DNA of 64,000 nt, taken from a virus. The notes under the pieces were generated by a model, which was not told the origin of the DNA, did not search any database, and saw only the letters and a list, made by a program, of their open reading frames with translations. The stretch is taken from positions 36,023 through 100,022 of the IMG/VR virus record IMGVR_UViG_3300033149_004116; one strand, given 5' to 3'. Below, piece after piece: positions 48,196-56,490 of this stretch. The number at the start of each line of letters is the position of its first letter. Position 1 is the first letter of the stretch. The position numbers and the translations under genes were made by a program.

Positions 48196-48798
48196 TTATT
48201 TTACAAAAATTGAATGAAGAGGTCTACAAGCTTCCTCCCATGTTTTTAATGGAGGAAAAGTTGCAATTTTCACCTTCGTTGTTGGTAATCTTTTCTTAAA
48301 CCAGAAGATTATTCTAACCTTTTCATAACTTGCTTTTTTCATGCTCTCAGTAGTATAATCCTCAAATATATCATCTGGAAGTTTAACAAACTTGCTTGCT
48401 AAATATTCCATTGATTTAAATAAAGCTCCCCATCTCAAGGAAATAAGCTCTCTTGGAGTAAAATAAACAAATTTTTTCCAATCATAAAATTTTTTATCCC
48501 AATATTTATATTCTTTAATTTCTTTTAATGAGAGCCAATATTGATCAAATATTTCTTCATCTTTTCCTAATATTTCATTTTTTACAGCTAAAGACACATC
48601 TTTTGGTATTTCTTTATATTTAGAGGAAGCTATTGGTACTATATGTGAAGTAGTTGTAGTATATTTAGAAGGTTTACTAATTAAATGGAAAAAATATCTA
48701 TTTGATTCGTTAGGTATCCTACATATATCAATCCATTTCTTACCACGTTTTACTTCTAAAAACCCATCAATTACTATTTCTTTATGAGATACGTCCAT
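48196..48798 (-). CDS. Hypothetical phage protein
   Basis: GGAGG SD; W.SLKEI..Y.W and VRIIFWF pattern. Confidence 0.55.
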   Translation of the reverse strand: MDVSHKEIVIDGFLEVKRGKKWIDICRIPNESNRYFFHLISKPSKYTTTTSHIVPIASSKYKEIPKDVSLAVKNEILGKDEEIFDQYWLSLKEIKEYKYWDKKFYDWKKFVYFTPRELISLRWGALFKSMEYLASKFVKLPDDIFEDYTTESMKKASYEKVRIIFWFKKRLPTTKVKIATFPPLKTWEEACRPLHSIFVK

Positions 48799-48870
48799 TC
48801 AATTTCCTCCAAAAAGGGATTGCCTTGGAGACGCCCTTCTCCTCAGCCCGCGACTTTAAAGTTTTCACCC

Positions 48871-49095
48871 TCATTCTCCGCTTTTTATTTGAATATTTAA
48901 AAATTTTATTAACGCTGCTAATATTAAATCGTTTTTAAAAATATTGTATCTAATTTTAATGTTTTCAGAAATATCCGTGCCTCTCTCGACCTCTCCCTCG
49001 TCCATAAGTTTGCCATACTTTTTTAGTAAAGATTCGTGCAATTTCTTCCAATTGTCATAAATTTCCTGTGGTGACTTCTCCCAAGATTCCATCAT
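48871..49095 (-). CDS. Hypothetical protein
   Basis: Small ORF with an upstream TATA-like box. Confidence 0.45.
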   Translation of the reverse strand: MMESWEKSPQEIYDNWKKLHESLLKKYGKLMDEGEVERGTDISENIKIRYNIFKNDLILAALIKFLNIQIKSGE

Positions 49096-49153
49096 ATTAT
49101 TCGTCCCGTCCTAAACTTATAAAAAGCAATCTTATATTTAAGGATTGTGGTTG

Positions 49154-49287
49154 AACCACAAATGTCGCGTGGGCGAACCAAGAGGGGGTATCAGGAGAAT
49201 GCTCCTCTGGCGACAAACCCCTATCACGCAAGACGATAACCCCACACCGTCTCCGCTTGGCTATTGTCCCATTTCGCGTTTGTGGTT
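49154..49287 (-). ncRNA. BHB-flanked structured RNA precursor; predicted excised product 49164-49272 (109 nt)
   Basis: Minus strand AACCACAAA-CGCG-AA^A-TGGG...CCCA-CGCG-AC^A-TTTGTGGTT is a canonical BHB. GC-rich and intergenic, with a TATA box near 49311-49320. Confidence 0.75.
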
Positions 49288-49353
49288 ATCAATTCTAATT
49301 GAAGAAATTCTTATATAAAAACTTTTTCCTTTCAATTTTTTATGATACATAAA

Positions 49354-49701
49354 CTATTTATCAAGAAGATAGGAGAAGTATTTTCTAAATCTTGGCGGGA
49401 TGTCTGGAGCATCGTCAATAACCCATCCATAGCCTATCCAGTAGGGGGCAATCTGCAACCTTCCTATAATGATTATTTCCGAACTTCCATACATAATCAT
49501 AATCAACAATCCAAGCCAAAGATGATGGGTGAAATCAAGTAAGCGTTTAATGAAATTTTTCTTCCACTCTTCGTTGAGATTATTAAACCACGATGAATTC
49601 TGTATATCTTGATCTAATTGCTTGCCAAAAGCGCGCGCGAAGAAGAATCCAATTAAAGCCCACACGATCTGAACAAATGTAGTTGGAGCAGGAATATTCA
49701 T
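49354..49701 (-). CDS. Membrane protein
   Basis: Hydrophobic helices with HH and DD motifs; likely start MNIPAP. Confidence 0.6.
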   Translation of the reverse strand: MNIPAPTTFVQIVWALIGFFFARAFGKQLDQDIQNSSWFNNLNEEWKKNFIKRLLDFTHHLWLGLLIMIMYGSSEIIIIGRLQIAPYWIGYGWVIDDAPDIPPRFRKYFSYLLDK

Positions 49702-49718
49702 TCTAATCGTCCTTAAAA

Positions 49719-49841
49719 TTATTTGCGATTTCTGCCTTTCCCTTTCGATTTGGTCTTGGAACATCCTCCGCGACCTTTATTTGCTCTGCGACCCTTCCCA
49801 GAACCGTCCCGTTTTGGACTGCCCTTTCGTGCTTTTTTCAT
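49719..49841 (-). CDS. 40-aa very basic Gly/Lys/Arg-rich peptide
   Basis: Hand translation MKKARKGSPKRDGSGKGRRANKGRGGCSKTKSKGKGRNRK; TATA-like box upstream. Confidence 0.6.
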   Translation of the reverse strand: MKKARKGSPKRDGSGKGRRANKGRGGCSKTKSKGKGRNRK

Positions 49842-49880
49842 ATCTTATATATTTTATTTTCTTTCCTATTAAATGTTTTG

Positions 49881-51233
49881 TTATTCCCTCAAAGGCTTCA
49901 TATCAAAATCGTTTGGAATTTTAATTCCCAAAACATCAAGAATTGTGGGAGCCATTTCTAAAGAATGTGCCGTTCTTTCTTCCGCCGATCTCGTATTAGT
50001 AGCATAGAATCCGTCTTTATGATTATGGTCGGCATAATTATCGTGCGTTCTCATCAATCCCCCCGTGACGCTTGTCCAATGAATTTCAAAACCGTCTGCT
50101 GGTATTGCAAGCATATCAGGCATCCATTTCAAATATTTCCCCTTCCACAATTTCTCTCTCCATTTAAAATCTTTAAAGACATGATTTTGAGATATTGGAT
50201 CAACAAAGTTAATTAACTCATTAGATATTTTTTTAAGCAGTTCTCTTCTCTCCGAGGTTGATAACAATCCGTCAATTCTATCATCATTTGCTACTATGCC
50301 TCCAAGTCCTATCGTCCATAATTTTGTTTTACTAAAATTTATTTTAGGTAATATTACTCCCCCATCAATATATACATTAATAATTCTTCTAATAGAATTA
50401 TTCAAGGATAATAATCCCCTCCTGTAAAAATAACTATTCATATAAAATCCAGAATTTGTCCTCCTCATACCGTGATCGCATACTACAAAAATTTTTACAT
50501 CTTCTTTTATATTTTCTTGAACGCTCTTCCATATATTCATACAAGTTCTTCCTACAGAATCATATATTTGTTTTAAATATATTTTTCTTAATGGATCATC
50601 TGAATTGAGAAATCTATGTTGAATCCTATCTAACTCTAAGAAGCCTATAATTGCACAATCCCAATCGGACTGTAAAAGAAGATTCTGTGCTATTATTTCT
50701 TCGTTCATCAATCTCCGAATGAAGTAGGAAAAGAATTGTTCATCATTCTGTGAGAGAAATTCTTCAGGTCTCCAAAATTGAGAAATTTGAGATTTTATTT
50801 GTTCTGGATAACACCAATTCCCTCCTGTAGAATCAAAACTTGATATCATAACTCCATTTATAGGTTTGACGGGATAAGTTAGTGGAATGTTGAATATGAC
50901 TGATTTCAATCCCTCTCTATCTAAAATATCCCACAAACAGTCCCCTTTAATTAGTCTCGAACCTGCCGAGAACGAATCTACCAGAGAATTTTTTTGATTA
51001 ATCATGTAGTTACCCGTCTTTCCAGGATTCTTCCCCGTGAAAAATGCTGGCCATCCTATGCTCGTAGTTGCAGGAAGGGGAACTTCTAATTCTCCATATC
51101 TACATTCCTCAAATAATTTTGAAAAGAAAATATTATCTCTAGCAACCTCCTTAATTACTGAGAACGTAGCTCCATCCAATCCAAAAACTAGAACTTTAGT
51201 CATTATTTTTCCTCCACACGTCTCTTTTAGCAT
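49881..51233 (-). CDS. Alkaline phosphatase superfamily protein (nucleotide pyrophosphatase/phosphodiesterase type)
   Basis: GLDGAT, T..GW..F.TGKNPG, PLTYP, DRIQH, CDHG and APTIL..LG. Confidence 0.88.
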   Translation of the reverse strand: MLKETCGGKIMTKVLVFGLDGATFSVIKEVARDNIFFSKLFEECRYGELEVPLPATTSIGWPAFFTGKNPGKTGNYMINQKNSLVDSFSAGSRLIKGDCLWDILDREGLKSVIFNIPLTYPVKPINGVMISSFDSTGGNWCYPEQIKSQISQFWRPEEFLSQNDEQFFSYFIRRLMNEEIIAQNLLLQSDWDCAIIGFLELDRIQHRFLNSDDPLRKIYLKQIYDSVGRTCMNIWKSVQENIKEDVKIFVVCDHGMRRTNSGFYMNSYFYRRGLLSLNNSIRRIINVYIDGGVILPKINFSKTKLWTIGLGGIVANDDRIDGLLSTSERRELLKKISNELINFVDPISQNHVFKDFKWREKLWKGKYLKWMPDMLAIPADGFEIHWTSVTGGLMRTHDNYADHNHKDGFYATNTRSAEERTAHSLEMAPTILDVLGIKIPNDFDMKPLRE

Positions 51234-51855
51234 TTTTAGCTAGGAAAATCATAGCCCATAATTGTTTTGTATCTTTTTGAATAATCCCTTGAAGCAATAC
51301 CTGTCCAGATATTTTAAATTCGTCACATATTAATTTTATTTCATTTAGGGCATCTTCTGGAGATTCGTAGTAATGTTCGTCCTCCTCCTTTGTTTTTATT
51401 GGAACTGTATATATCACAACACCATAAAATTTGGCTTTATCAATCATATTTTTAATTACCTTTCTTCGGACGTTCTCATCCAAAAAATGTTCGACCAAAC
51501 CATCTGAAAAGATGATGGAGAATTTTTCATTCTCTATTTTTTCCAGAGTTCTAGCATCATCATTTATAAGGTTGAATTTGAATTGAGGGAAGTTATTGTG
51601 GACTTTTAACAGCATCTCTGGAAGAATATCAACGACTGTAACATTACAACCATAAAGTGCAAAACAAGCCGACCACTTCCCTCCGCCCGATCCCACCTCT
51701 AGAACATCATCATATTTTTCAAGCTCTATATAAGTTCTAATTGCTTCAAACCAAGGAGTCTGAATGAAGTTTATGAGACTTTCTGGAGTTTCCTCATAGG
51801 TGGCGGGATTCCATCTTTCTCTTATTTTTTCAAGATATTTTGAGGAATCTTCCAT
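51196..51855 (-). CDS. Class I SAM-dependent methyltransferase
   Basis: VLEVGSGGG, DAR and GLVEHF. Confidence 0.85.
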   Translation of the reverse strand: MEDSSKYLEKIRERWNPATYEETPESLINFIQTPWFEAIRTYIELEKYDDVLEVGSGGGKWSACFALYGCNVTVVDILPEMLLKVHNNFPQFKFNLINDDARTLEKIENEKFSIIFSDGLVEHFLDENVRRKVIKNMIDKAKFYGVVIYTVPIKTKEEDEHYYESPEDALNEIKLICDEFKISGQVLLQGIIQKDTKQLWAMIFLAKNAKRDVWRKNND

Positions 51856-52145
51856 ATTTTATAATAACGAAACCTTCATATATAAGGATTTTGATTTTTC
51901 CGCCTGACCCAAAAAATCTTATCCTTTCAATTAAAAAATAATATAATACCTCGAACTCTTTAGATTTAATTTTAATATTTAATTTTAATTGATCCGTAAC
52001 ATTTAAATATGCGAATTTTTATATATTATATAGTATATGCTCGCGCGTAGGTAGTTGAAACCATAATAATCCTTCTTACTATTATTCCTATAGGAATATT
52101 TTAAATGAAGTTTTTAAATCCTCCCTAATTTCTGCTCTTATAAAA

Positions 52146-52253
52146 TTTTTTCACCACCGAAGGTTCTACGGCGACTTCAAGCATCTAATTTTATATCATA
52201 ATTAGCTAAACTTAGCGTGGTGAAGTCGCCACAGAACCCTCGGTGGATAAAAA
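52146..52253. repeat. Inverted pair of the ~35-bp element (copies 2 and 3) in an AT-rich intergenic region; origin candidate
   Basis: TTTTTTCACCACCGAAGGTTCTACGGCGACTTCAAG, a ~40-bp spacer, then TGAAGTCGCCACAGAACCCTCGGTGGATAAAAA. Confidence 0.8.
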
Positions 52254-52393
52254 TTTTTTATTTGACAGCCTTTTAATGAAATATTATAAAAAATTGGAGT
52301 ATCATCAACTTCTTGAGGAATATTCGTTAAGGAATTTTATTGAGCAAGGAAACTTTTATTAACAAGATATTATGTAAAATATTATGAAAAGAT

Positions 52394-52552
52394 ATGAAGA
52401 GAACAAGAAAATATACGACGATATCTGTCGATAAAGAGATCAAGGTAATTCTTAATTCCGTCAAGAATAGCTTGGAACTGGAGAGAGAAGAATTCGTTGA
52501 TATGAATGAGACGATTAAATACCTCCTTGAGCAGACAGGGTGGATCATCTAA
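52394..52552 (+). CDS. Small ribbon-helix-helix DNA-binding protein (52 aa)
   Basis: Hand translation MKRTRKYTTISVDKEIKVILNSVKNSLELEREEFVDMNETIKYLLEQTGWII. Confidence 0.65.
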   Translation: MKRTRKYTTISVDKEIKVILNSVKNSLELEREEFVDMNETIKYLLEQTGWII

Positions 52553-52713
52553 GTATATATTTGCCAACGAATTCAATTTTTTGAAATTCTGTTCAATTTT
52601 TAATATATTAATTTTTAATATAATTATGTAATATTCTATAAAACAATAGAAGGTTTTATTAGATACTTCAATTATTAACTTTATTTGATACAATTGAAAG
52701 GATGTGATAAATA

Positions 52714-53076
52714 ATGGGAAACATTCTTAGAAAACCTTACGCGAGGCAACTATCAAGATTCGTTCATAAGTTCTCTGGAAGTGGATGTCTTAATGCATCA
52801 TCTACAGTAGATCAGGTGATTACTTATCCAAGAACGGGATATGACTATGCTTGGCTGAGAACTGATCTTTCATTCACGGCGACAGATTCAAGGCTTGTGG
52901 AGCTATACATCTCTGGTTCTCGGCAGAATAAGATTTATTCCAATACTGAATCTGGTAACGATCTCATATTGCTCGGAGGATGGGAATACACCATCAATAG
53001 ATACGATCTTGTCAGACTCAAAGTTGGTGCAGCATCGGGATACGTTCATTATAAAATATTCACAGAGGAAATATAA
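52714..53076 (+). CDS. Putative virion protein
   Basis: Beta-rich; late-type promoter near 52650; precedes the fibre gene. Confidence 0.5.
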   Translation: MGNILRKPYARQLSRFVHKFSGSGCLNASSTVDQVITYPRTGYDYAWLRTDLSFTATDSRLVELYISGSRQNKIYSNTESGNDLILLGGWEYTINRYDLVRLKVGAASGYVHYKIFTEEI

Positions 53077-53092
53077 ACTTGGGTGAGGAAAT

Positions 53093-54541
53093 GTGAAGAT
53101 TTCACGAGTAATCAGGAATGGAAGATACTACCTCATCTTCGATGGCGGAATAGATGTAGGAACCATCTCAACGACGGGAAACGTTACCATCGGTGGAGAT
53201 CTAACAGTTCAGGGCAATTTCATAGAACAATTAGATGAGTCTCTCCTTGGCGATCTCACTATGGGAACCGCCACACAGGCAGGCGGGGATATCACAGTTT
53301 ATAAAGATGGCTCTGGAAACAAAGCCTTCTTCCTAGATGCCTCTACGGGTCAGCTTCAGCTTCCGACGACGGGTTCAGGCGGAGGACTCAAGATTGGAGA
53401 TGTGGAAATATATGAGAGTACTTCTGGTGTTCTTGTTTTAGGCTCTGGCGATAGTTTCGGGGCGACGACATTCAGCGGCGATATCAACGTTGGTGCAAAC
53501 GCCATTCTTGATCTCGACTATATAAAAGGTAAGGACGCGGGTTCATTTACGATACAGTCCGAATATACAACTGGTGGAGCTACGGGAACCGACATTAAAC
53601 TTACTGTTCGTGACGTGGACGCCGCAAGCTGGGTCGATGTTATCACTATAAAGGGCGAGCCTACAGGAGCGGGGATTGATCCTTATGTGTTGCTAGGTGG
53701 AAATCTGGATATGTCTAATGCTTCCTACGACATTCTCATCCCAGATAATCAAGCAACGGCATTGGAAATAAAGGAAGGAACTAATGCTTACATAACTTTT
53801 AATAGCACCGATGGGAGCGAGCGGGTTACCATTAATAAGAACATGACCGCCGCATTAAACTTGACGGTTTCGAGTAGCTTTTACTTAGACGGACAAGCCT
53901 TATGGGGACTACAAGCCGATGGTAACAGCCTAACCATAAAAGGAAGAACGGCGTCGGCCGCACAGACAGACACCATAGTAATTCAAACAAGTAACGCATC
54001 TCACGGAGTGAACTTCTCCGACAGGATTCATATCGGTGGTGGAGCAGCAACTGTTGATATTGACATCTTAAATGCAAACCTCGACCTCGGCGGGAACCTG
54101 CTGAAGACGACAACTTACTATCTGAATGAAGTTGCTGGCGGCATCGGGGTACAGAAAATCTCTGATGATAGTTATGTTACACTCAAAGCTGGTGATTTAA
54201 ACATTCAGAATGCTGAAAACGCCATAAAGCTCGAAGCTAATGCGGCGAAGATCAAGGCGACAAATACGGATGGCTATTACGCGACTATCTGGGCAAGAGA
54301 TACAGGCGTCGGTCTTGTTGAGGTTGCAAGATTCGCGGGTGCGGCTGATCCATATTTCAGCATGGGCGGAAGTCAGGAGTTCAAGTTCACAAATGGCGGA
54401 TTGATGGGTTTATTCGGCGCAACTCCTGTAGCACAGCAGGCACATATAGCTGACGCGGATGGAACTTTGGCAGACATCACGACGAAGTTTAATTCATTAC
54501 TTGACAAATTAGAAGCATATGGATTGTTAGCAACTTCGTAG
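53093..54541 (+). CDS. Tail/head fibre protein
   Basis: Gly/Thr/Asp-rich beta repeats; C-terminal GATPVAQQAHIAD..TKFNSLLDKLEAYGLLA trimeric fibre-type motif. Confidence 0.75.
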   Translation: MKISRVIRNGRYYLIFDGGIDVGTISTTGNVTIGGDLTVQGNFIEQLDESLLGDLTMGTATQAGGDITVYKDGSGNKAFFLDASTGQLQLPTTGSGGGLKIGDVEIYESTSGVLVLGSGDSFGATTFSGDINVGANAILDLDYIKGKDAGSFTIQSEYTTGGATGTDIKLTVRDVDAASWVDVITIKGEPTGAGIDPYVLLGGNLDMSNASYDILIPDNQATALEIKEGTNAYITFNSTDGSERVTINKNMTAALNLTVSSSFYLDGQALWGLQADGNSLTIKGRTASAAQTDTIVIQTSNASHGVNFSDRIHIGGGAATVDIDILNANLDLGGNLLKTTTYYLNEVAGGIGVQKISDDSYVTLKAGDLNIQNAENAIKLEANAAKIKATNTDGYYATIWARDTGVGLVEVARFAGAADPYFSMGGSQEFKFTNGGLMGLFGATPVAQQAHIADADGTLADITTKFNSLLDKLEAYGLLATS

Positions 54542-54549
54542 GTGATCTA

Positions 54550-54900
54550 ATGCTCGTAAGACGAGAACCAGACTTGAAGGCAAATCCAAATGCACCATTT
54601 GAGATCCGACTCGATTCCAAGCCATTCCTTGAGTCCACTCTAAAAGGTCTGCCTAAGATCTCTGGTATTCTCAAGTACATCAAATACGCCTTTGTTGTCA
54701 TAGACAGAAGAGAGAATAAAGTATTAGTGTGGAAATTCGGAAATAAAATAACTCAAGTCTCTAAGTATTTCGATATTGCCTGCAAGCGCAGACTTGGAAT
54801 GACGGCAAAACAGATATACGAAAGGAATTGGAACCTTCGCAAGCGGGGCAAGAGAAATAGAAAATTCTTAAAGCGACGATTGGAGGCAATTTCCTTTTAA
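54550..54900 (+). CDS. Hypothetical basic protein
   Basis: GGTGA SD; coupled to the fibre gene. Confidence 0.5.
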   Translation: MLVRREPDLKANPNAPFEIRLDSKPFLESTLKGLPKISGILKYIKYAFVVIDRRENKVLVWKFGNKITQVSKYFDIACKRRLGMTAKQIYERNWNLRKRGKRNRKFLKRRLEAISF

Positions 54901-54954
54901 TTTTTTATAGATATATTTAAATACTTGATTGAATATGAAATAGGTGAGAAATAA

Positions 54955-55212
54955 ATGATAAAATGTAGATGTGGGAGCATCACTTTCAGACTTTATTATT
55001 ACACTCCCACTTCCATAATGCTTGTCTGCTCTGAATGTGGAACACAATACAGACGAATTGGTGTTATTCCCTTTCCATTAGAAATTCAAGGTATATCAAC
55101 TCCAAAAGTTACAAAAGAATTAAAATTTAATGAGTCGGACATAGCAATTACCATAGCTAAATTGGAGGACAAAATAGACAAAATTGCAGAGAAGGTAGAA
55201 ATGGAGAAGTGA
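54955..55212 (+). CDS. Zn-ribbon protein
   Basis: CRCGS..CSECG; GGTGA SD. Confidence 0.6.
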   Translation: MIKCRCGSITFRLYYYTPTSIMLVCSECGTQYRRIGVIPFPLEIQGISTPKVTKELKFNESDIAITIAKLEDKIDKIAEKVEMEK

Positions 55213-55216
55213 TTTA

Positions 55217-55567
55217 ATGAGCAAAAAGAAAACAAAAGAGAAAATAAAAGAGGAAGTTTCTGAGGTTGAGGAGGAGAAGGAGATAAAAGAAATTTCTCTC
55301 TCCAAAAAAGAAATAAAGAAGATTGAACTTTCAATTAAAAGCAGAGAAAGATATATGAAGGATTTGGGGCAGTTGTATATGTCCCGTCTAAGTCTAATAC
55401 AGAATTTGAATTTGAGGGAGCAACAAGTTCTCTCTCAATTAAATAAGGCAAATGGAAAGTATGCTCTGTTAATTTCAAATTACAAATTCAAATACGGCTT
55501 GGATGATGATGAAAACTGGTTCTACAGAGACGGGAAGTTGGTTAAGGGAGAAGAGAGAGTTTTCTAA
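55217..55567 (+). CDS. Hypothetical coiled-coil protein
   Basis: In-operon ORF. Confidence 0.5.
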   Translation: MSKKKTKEKIKEEVSEVEEEKEIKEISLSKKEIKKIELSIKSRERYMKDLGQLYMSRLSLIQNLNLREQQVLSQLNKANGKYALLISNYKFKYGLDDDENWFYRDGKLVKGEERVF

Positions 55568-55713
55568 TTTCGTCGATATGATTTCAAGAGATGATCAATC
55601 ACCTCGCTTAAATCCACGAAGCGATTATATCTCATCTCCAAATCTTTTTTAATATCTCCAAGTTCCCTTCTCGACTTGAGACTGATTGCAATTGTAGTTT
55701 TCTTTTCTTTCAA
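55564..55713 (-). CDS. Small ribbon-helix-helix protein (49 aa), paralogue of 52394-52552
   Basis: Hand translation from TTG: MKEKKTTIAISLKSRRELGDIKKDLEMRYNRFVDLSEVIDHLLKSYRRN; shares TTI.(I/V)..K..LE....FVD..E.I..LL. Confidence 0.6.
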   Translation of the reverse strand: MKEKKTTIAISLKSRRELGDIKKDLEMRYNRFVDLSEVIDHLLKSYRRN

Positions 55714-55834
55714 TTTTATCTTGTAATAAGAATCTCCCCTCTTTTATAAAAGTTTCCATTTGTGTTATTTTTCATTAAAATTTTGTGGTTATAACCAATA
55801 AACTTATTAACTCCTTTGCCCGTATTTTAGGAGT

Positions 55835-56167
55835 ATGTCGTCGATGGATTTTATAAATTGTATGAAAAGCCTAATCAACATCCCCATTAAATTGCATTTT
55901 TGGCTTGGAGGAAGGGAGAATTCAATAGATGATGATCAAGTTTATGAATTCGTAGGAAAAATTAAAAGCATTGAGAGAGGAATAATAAAATTTGAACACA
56001 TTTTTAAACATTCGAAGGATATGGGAATTATTGAAACATACTTGAATATGAATTTTATAGTGATATGGTCTATTGATTTATTATCAGAAAATTACGATTT
56101 GACGAAATTGATTGTGAAATGCCCCCACTGCAAGAAGCCTCTCCGAATTGATAGAGCTAGGGGATAG
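55835..56167 (+). CDS. Hypothetical protein
   Basis: GGAG SD; C-terminal CPHC. Confidence 0.5.
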   Translation: MSSMDFINCMKSLINIPIKLHFWLGGRENSIDDDQVYEFVGKIKSIERGIIKFEHIFKHSKDMGIIETYLNMNFIVIWSIDLLSENYDLTKLIVKCPHCKKPLRIDRARG

Positions 56168-56173
56168 TTCTAT

Positions 56174-56428
56174 ATGAATAGATGTCGGCACGATACTGTT
56201 TATCAAATTCTTCGCGAACTTCTTTTAAGCGATGGAATTAAAAAACACGACATATTTACCAAACTTAAATTGAATTATCAGTGGGGGAACAAATTCCTCA
56301 GACTTCTATATGATAATGGATTGATAATATCGCTGGGAGAGTTTAATAAAAAACACACCAGATATGATATAACTCCAGAAGGGGCATTATGGTTAAATTT
56401 TTACACACAAATAGAGGAAATGATGTAA
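56174..56428 (+). CDS. Archaeal winged-helix transcription regulator
   Basis: R.R..VYQIL, KKHDI..KLKLNY, L...GLI and Y.ITPEG pattern. Confidence 0.75.
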   Translation: MNRCRHDTVYQILRELLLSDGIKKHDIFTKLKLNYQWGNKFLRLLYDNGLIISLGEFNKKHTRYDITPEGALWLNFYTQIEEMM

Positions 56429-56490
56429 TCTATTTTTGACTTGGTTATTTTGGTTATTTTATTCATCATAATTTTGAATTCTTGATTATT

